NCBI RefSeq assembly: GCF_020745735.1
Contig: NC_083448.1
Span: 19,342,006 to 19,406,005 of the forward strand
DNA length: 64,000 nt
Source: Hemiscyllium ocellatum
Taxonomy: Eukaryota
Reading direction: 5' to 3'
Positions 60,706-64,000 of this stretch are shown in pieces. The stretch's first letter is position 1; each line of letters starts with the position of its first letter. The notes beneath the pieces were generated by a model. That model did not search any database, was not told the DNA's origin, and saw only the letters and a program-made list of their open reading frames with translations. Both the position numbers and the translations under genes were made by a program.

Positions 60706-62057
60706 AGCTTTGGAAAATTTATTTGGTTTCTTTCTGAGGACATAGTGATTGAAGTGTCATTTTCCGATGATCTTGAACAGAGTTTGACTTTGACAAAAAA
60801 ATTGTCGACAGGCAAATTACGTTGTGTAAAGTAGAAACCAGCATTCTTTGCAGGTAATGTTGGTTAAGCATGCTTTCCATTGCAGGGACACTGAAGCTAC
60901 AAACGTTTATGTTTTCACAGCAGCTTGATCCAAAGTAAACGTTCGAGGGTATTGGTTCGACTTGTAAGGGAACTGTAGAAAAGTATAGTCTTTTTGAAGA
61001 CTTGAAGTAAAAAACAATTTTGGATATGAATAAAGAGCTATCAAGGTATCAATGCTAATGGCATACAGTTACATTGTTCAGGTACACAGATTAAAGGCGT
61101 TGTCAAATTGAATATTCCCTGGTTGAAGTCATATGTTTTCCAGAGGTTTGTCTTAACTGCTCTGAACTGGCTATTTTGGAAAATATGTTGAGAACACTTG
61201 GAAAGAGAGAATGCTGGGGACATTGAAATGTTTGCTAGAAAGCAGACATTGGAAATGCTGTACTCTGTAAACAAGTCTCTTATCAAGGGAAGTACACGTG
61301 TCCAGTATCACACATTATCAATTAGCTTGCAATGGAACTGACGTGGCATAGAAGAGTGCCATTATATAACCTGAGATTGCTGAATCAGGAGAATTAATAG
61401 AATTGTTGACTCATAGTCATAGAGCCAGAGAGCTGTGCAGCATGGAAACAGACCCTTCAGTCCAACTTTTCCACGCTGACCAGATATCCTCAGATAATCT
61501 AGTCCCATTCTGGCATCAAAACTCTGGAATTTCCAAGTACCTTTCTTTACATCACATCTTGAAAGCAGAAGTACATTCCATCTACTTGAAAAGGATTGTC
61601 AGTACCAAAGCACAATGAATGATTGGTCATAGGGACACCTTAGTGGAACTCCCATGGTCCTTTTCTTCCAAGTGGTATCTGTTGAAGATCTATTTATTGA
61701 TGGCCCCAATTTCCAGAGAACTTTATATTTCACCAAAGAAGCTGAAGAGCTTTTAATCATCAGGTTCTTAGAAGCTGACCGAGAGGAGATTTTTACACTG
61801 TCAGAATATAAAAGCATTATCTAAGTTGAGCCTTATTGTTTACAGAAGCAAGCACAGGGTTGACATTCTATAATCTATTATCTTTCAACTTCCTCCTTGA
61901 AAAATTTGACATTTCCATTAAAATATTGCTGCTAACCTGTTATGTCTTCACAATGTGACCAGAATTTCAAGAGTTTTCTTCATTTGATCATGTGTCAAGT
62001 TTTGCTGAACCTGAGTTGCTTCATGGTTTGAATTCATGATTCTGCTTGCTTTCATTT

Positions 62058-63670
62058 ATAGAGTCATAGAGATGTACAGCATGGAAACAGACCCTTCGGT
62101 CCAACCTATCTATGCCGACCAGATATCCCAACCCAATCTAGTCCCACCTGCCAGCACCCGGCCCATATCCCTCAAAACCCTTCCTATTCATATACCCATC
62201 CAGGTCCCTTTTAAATGTTGTAATTATACCAGCCTCCACCACTTCCTCTGGCAGCTCATTCCATACACATACCACCCTCTGCGTGAAAATGTTGCCCCTT
62301 AGGTCTCTTTTATATCTTTCTCTTCTCACCCTAAAACTATGTCCTCTAGTTCTGGACTCCCCCACCCCAGGGAAAAGACTTTGTCTGTTTATCCTATCCA
62401 TGCCCCTCATAATTTTGTAAACCTCTATAAGGTCACCCCTCAGCCTCTGATGCTCCATGGAAAACAGCCCAAGCCGACTCTCCCTGTAGCTCAAATCCAT
62501 TGACCTTGGTAACATCGTTGTAAATCTTTTCTGAACCCTTTCCAGTTTCACAACATCTTTCTGATAGGAAGGAGACCAGAATCGCACGCAATATTCCAAC
62601 AGTGGTCTAAGCAATGTCCTGTACAGCCGCATCATGACCTCCCAACCCCTGTACTCAATACTCTGACTGATAAAGGAAAGCATACCAAACACCTTTTTCA
62701 TTATTCTATCAACCTGCGACTCCACTTTCAAGGAGCTATGAACCTGCACTCCAAGGTCTCTTTGTTCAGCAACATTCCCGAGGGTCTGACCATGAAGTGA
62801 ATAAGTCCTGCCCTGATTTGCTTTCCCAAAATGCAGCACCTCACATTTATCTGAATTCAACTCCATCTGCCACTTCTCAGCCCATTGGCCCATCTGGTCC
62901 AGATCCTGTTCTAATCTGAGGTAATCCTCTTCGCTGTCCACTACACCTCCAATTTTGGTGTCATCTGCAAACTTATTAATTGCACTTCTCAAGCTCACAT
63001 CCAAATCATTTATATAAATGACAAAAAGTAGTGGAGCCAGCACCGATCCTTGTGGTCACAGGCCTCCAGTCTGAAAAACAACCACCCTCTGTCTTTTACC
63101 TTTTAGCCAGTTCTTTATCCAAATGGCTAATAGCCCCCCTGTATTCCATGAGATCTAACCTTGCTAACTAGTCTCCCATGGAGAACCTTGTCAAGTGCCT
63201 TACTGAAGTCCATATAGACCGTGTCCACTGCTCTGCCCTCATTAATCCTCTTTGTTACTTCTTCAAAAAACTCAATCAAGTTTGTGAGACATGATTTCCC
63301 ATGCACAAAGCCATGTTGACTATCCCTAATCATTCCATGCATTTCCAAATACTTGTTCATTCTGTCCCTCAGGATTCCCTCCAACAACTCCACCGGTGAC
63401 TCTCTGTGCGGAGTTTGCACATTCTCCCCGTGTCTGTGTGGGTTTCCTCTGGGTGCTCTGGTTTCCTCCCACAATCCAAAAATGTGCAGGTTAGGTGAAT
63501 TGACCATGCTAAATTGCCCGTAGTGTTAGGTAAGGGAACTGGTCTGGGTGGGTTACGCTTCAGCGGGTCGGTGTGGACTTGTTGGGTCGAAGGGCCTGTT
63601 TCCACACTGTAAGTAATCTAATCTAAACTTGCCCACCACCAATGTAAGGCTCACTGGTCCACAGTTTTCT
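62058..63670 (-). mobile_element. Young CR1 (HER1-like), 5'-truncated, with a 301-aa uninterrupted ORF2 segment
   Basis: ORF 62138-63043(-) 'PLLFVIYINDLD..KFADDTKIGG..WNELPEEVV..GYMNRKG'; interrupted by HE1 at 63396-63626. Confidence 0.95.
63396..63626 (+). mobile_element. 5'-truncated HE1 SINE inserted antisense into CR1
   Basis: Matches 2010-2250; tail 'aagtaatctaatctaa'. Confidence 0.9.
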
Positions 63671-63782
63671 GGGGTGCTGTTAACTTATCAATTTTGGTAT
63701 CGACCTGTCTAGCCAAGGTCATTGTCCTTCAGGAGTGATACAAATCCCATGGCTGCTTTGACTTTCACTCCCACCATACATA

Positions 63783-64000
63783 CATGAAGCTATCAGTCAC
63801 CAGGTGAGATGACAGCATGGTATCATTATCGCTGGGCTGTTGTCCCAGGTCCAGGACCCTGGATTCAAATCCTGCCATGGCAAATAGTAGAATTTGAATT
63901 CAATAAACACCTGGAATTGAGAGTCAAATGATGACCATTAATCCACTGTCAATTGTTGGAAAAACCCATCTGGTTCACGAGTGTCCTTGAGGGCAGGAAA
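63783..64000 (+). mobile_element. tRNA-derived SINE (second family), 5' part, runs off the window
   Basis: Head 'gcatggtatcattatcgc...ggattcaaatcctgccatgg' with a B-box-like motif; core 'aaaacccatctggttcac..gtcctt.agggcaggaaa'. Confidence 0.7.

Overview
Repeat-dense, mostly non-coding vertebrate DNA from a shark. This rests on HE1-type SINEs, HER1/CR1 LINEs and DeuSINE/SacSINE-like copies; an orectolobiform (carpet shark) source is my guess. I found no intact host protein-coding gene that I could name. The one recognisable cellular sequence is a decayed fragment of the DNA polymerase lambda (POLL) C-terminus at 32137-32499 (+). Most of the window is CR1 LINE fragments, a second APE-RT LINE family with a partner SINE, L2 and RTE remnants, three families of solo LTRs, and at least three Penelope-like element (PLE) families (Poseidon- and Neptune-type). 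The PLEs carry minimal hammerhead-ribozyme motifs and often form fold-back (inverted) insertions flanked by 8-16 bp target-site duplications (TSDs). In the shortest copies the fold-back or truncation point repeatedly falls on the ribozyme core. Other points of interest are a spacerless palindrome of about 0.9 kb, three-level TE nesting, a CpG-rich promoter-like or MITE-like segment at 14.05-14.43 kb, a local duplication of about 350 bp, and some weak candidate exons. Most repeat boundaries were placed by eye and are approximate (tens of bp) unless a TSD is quoted.
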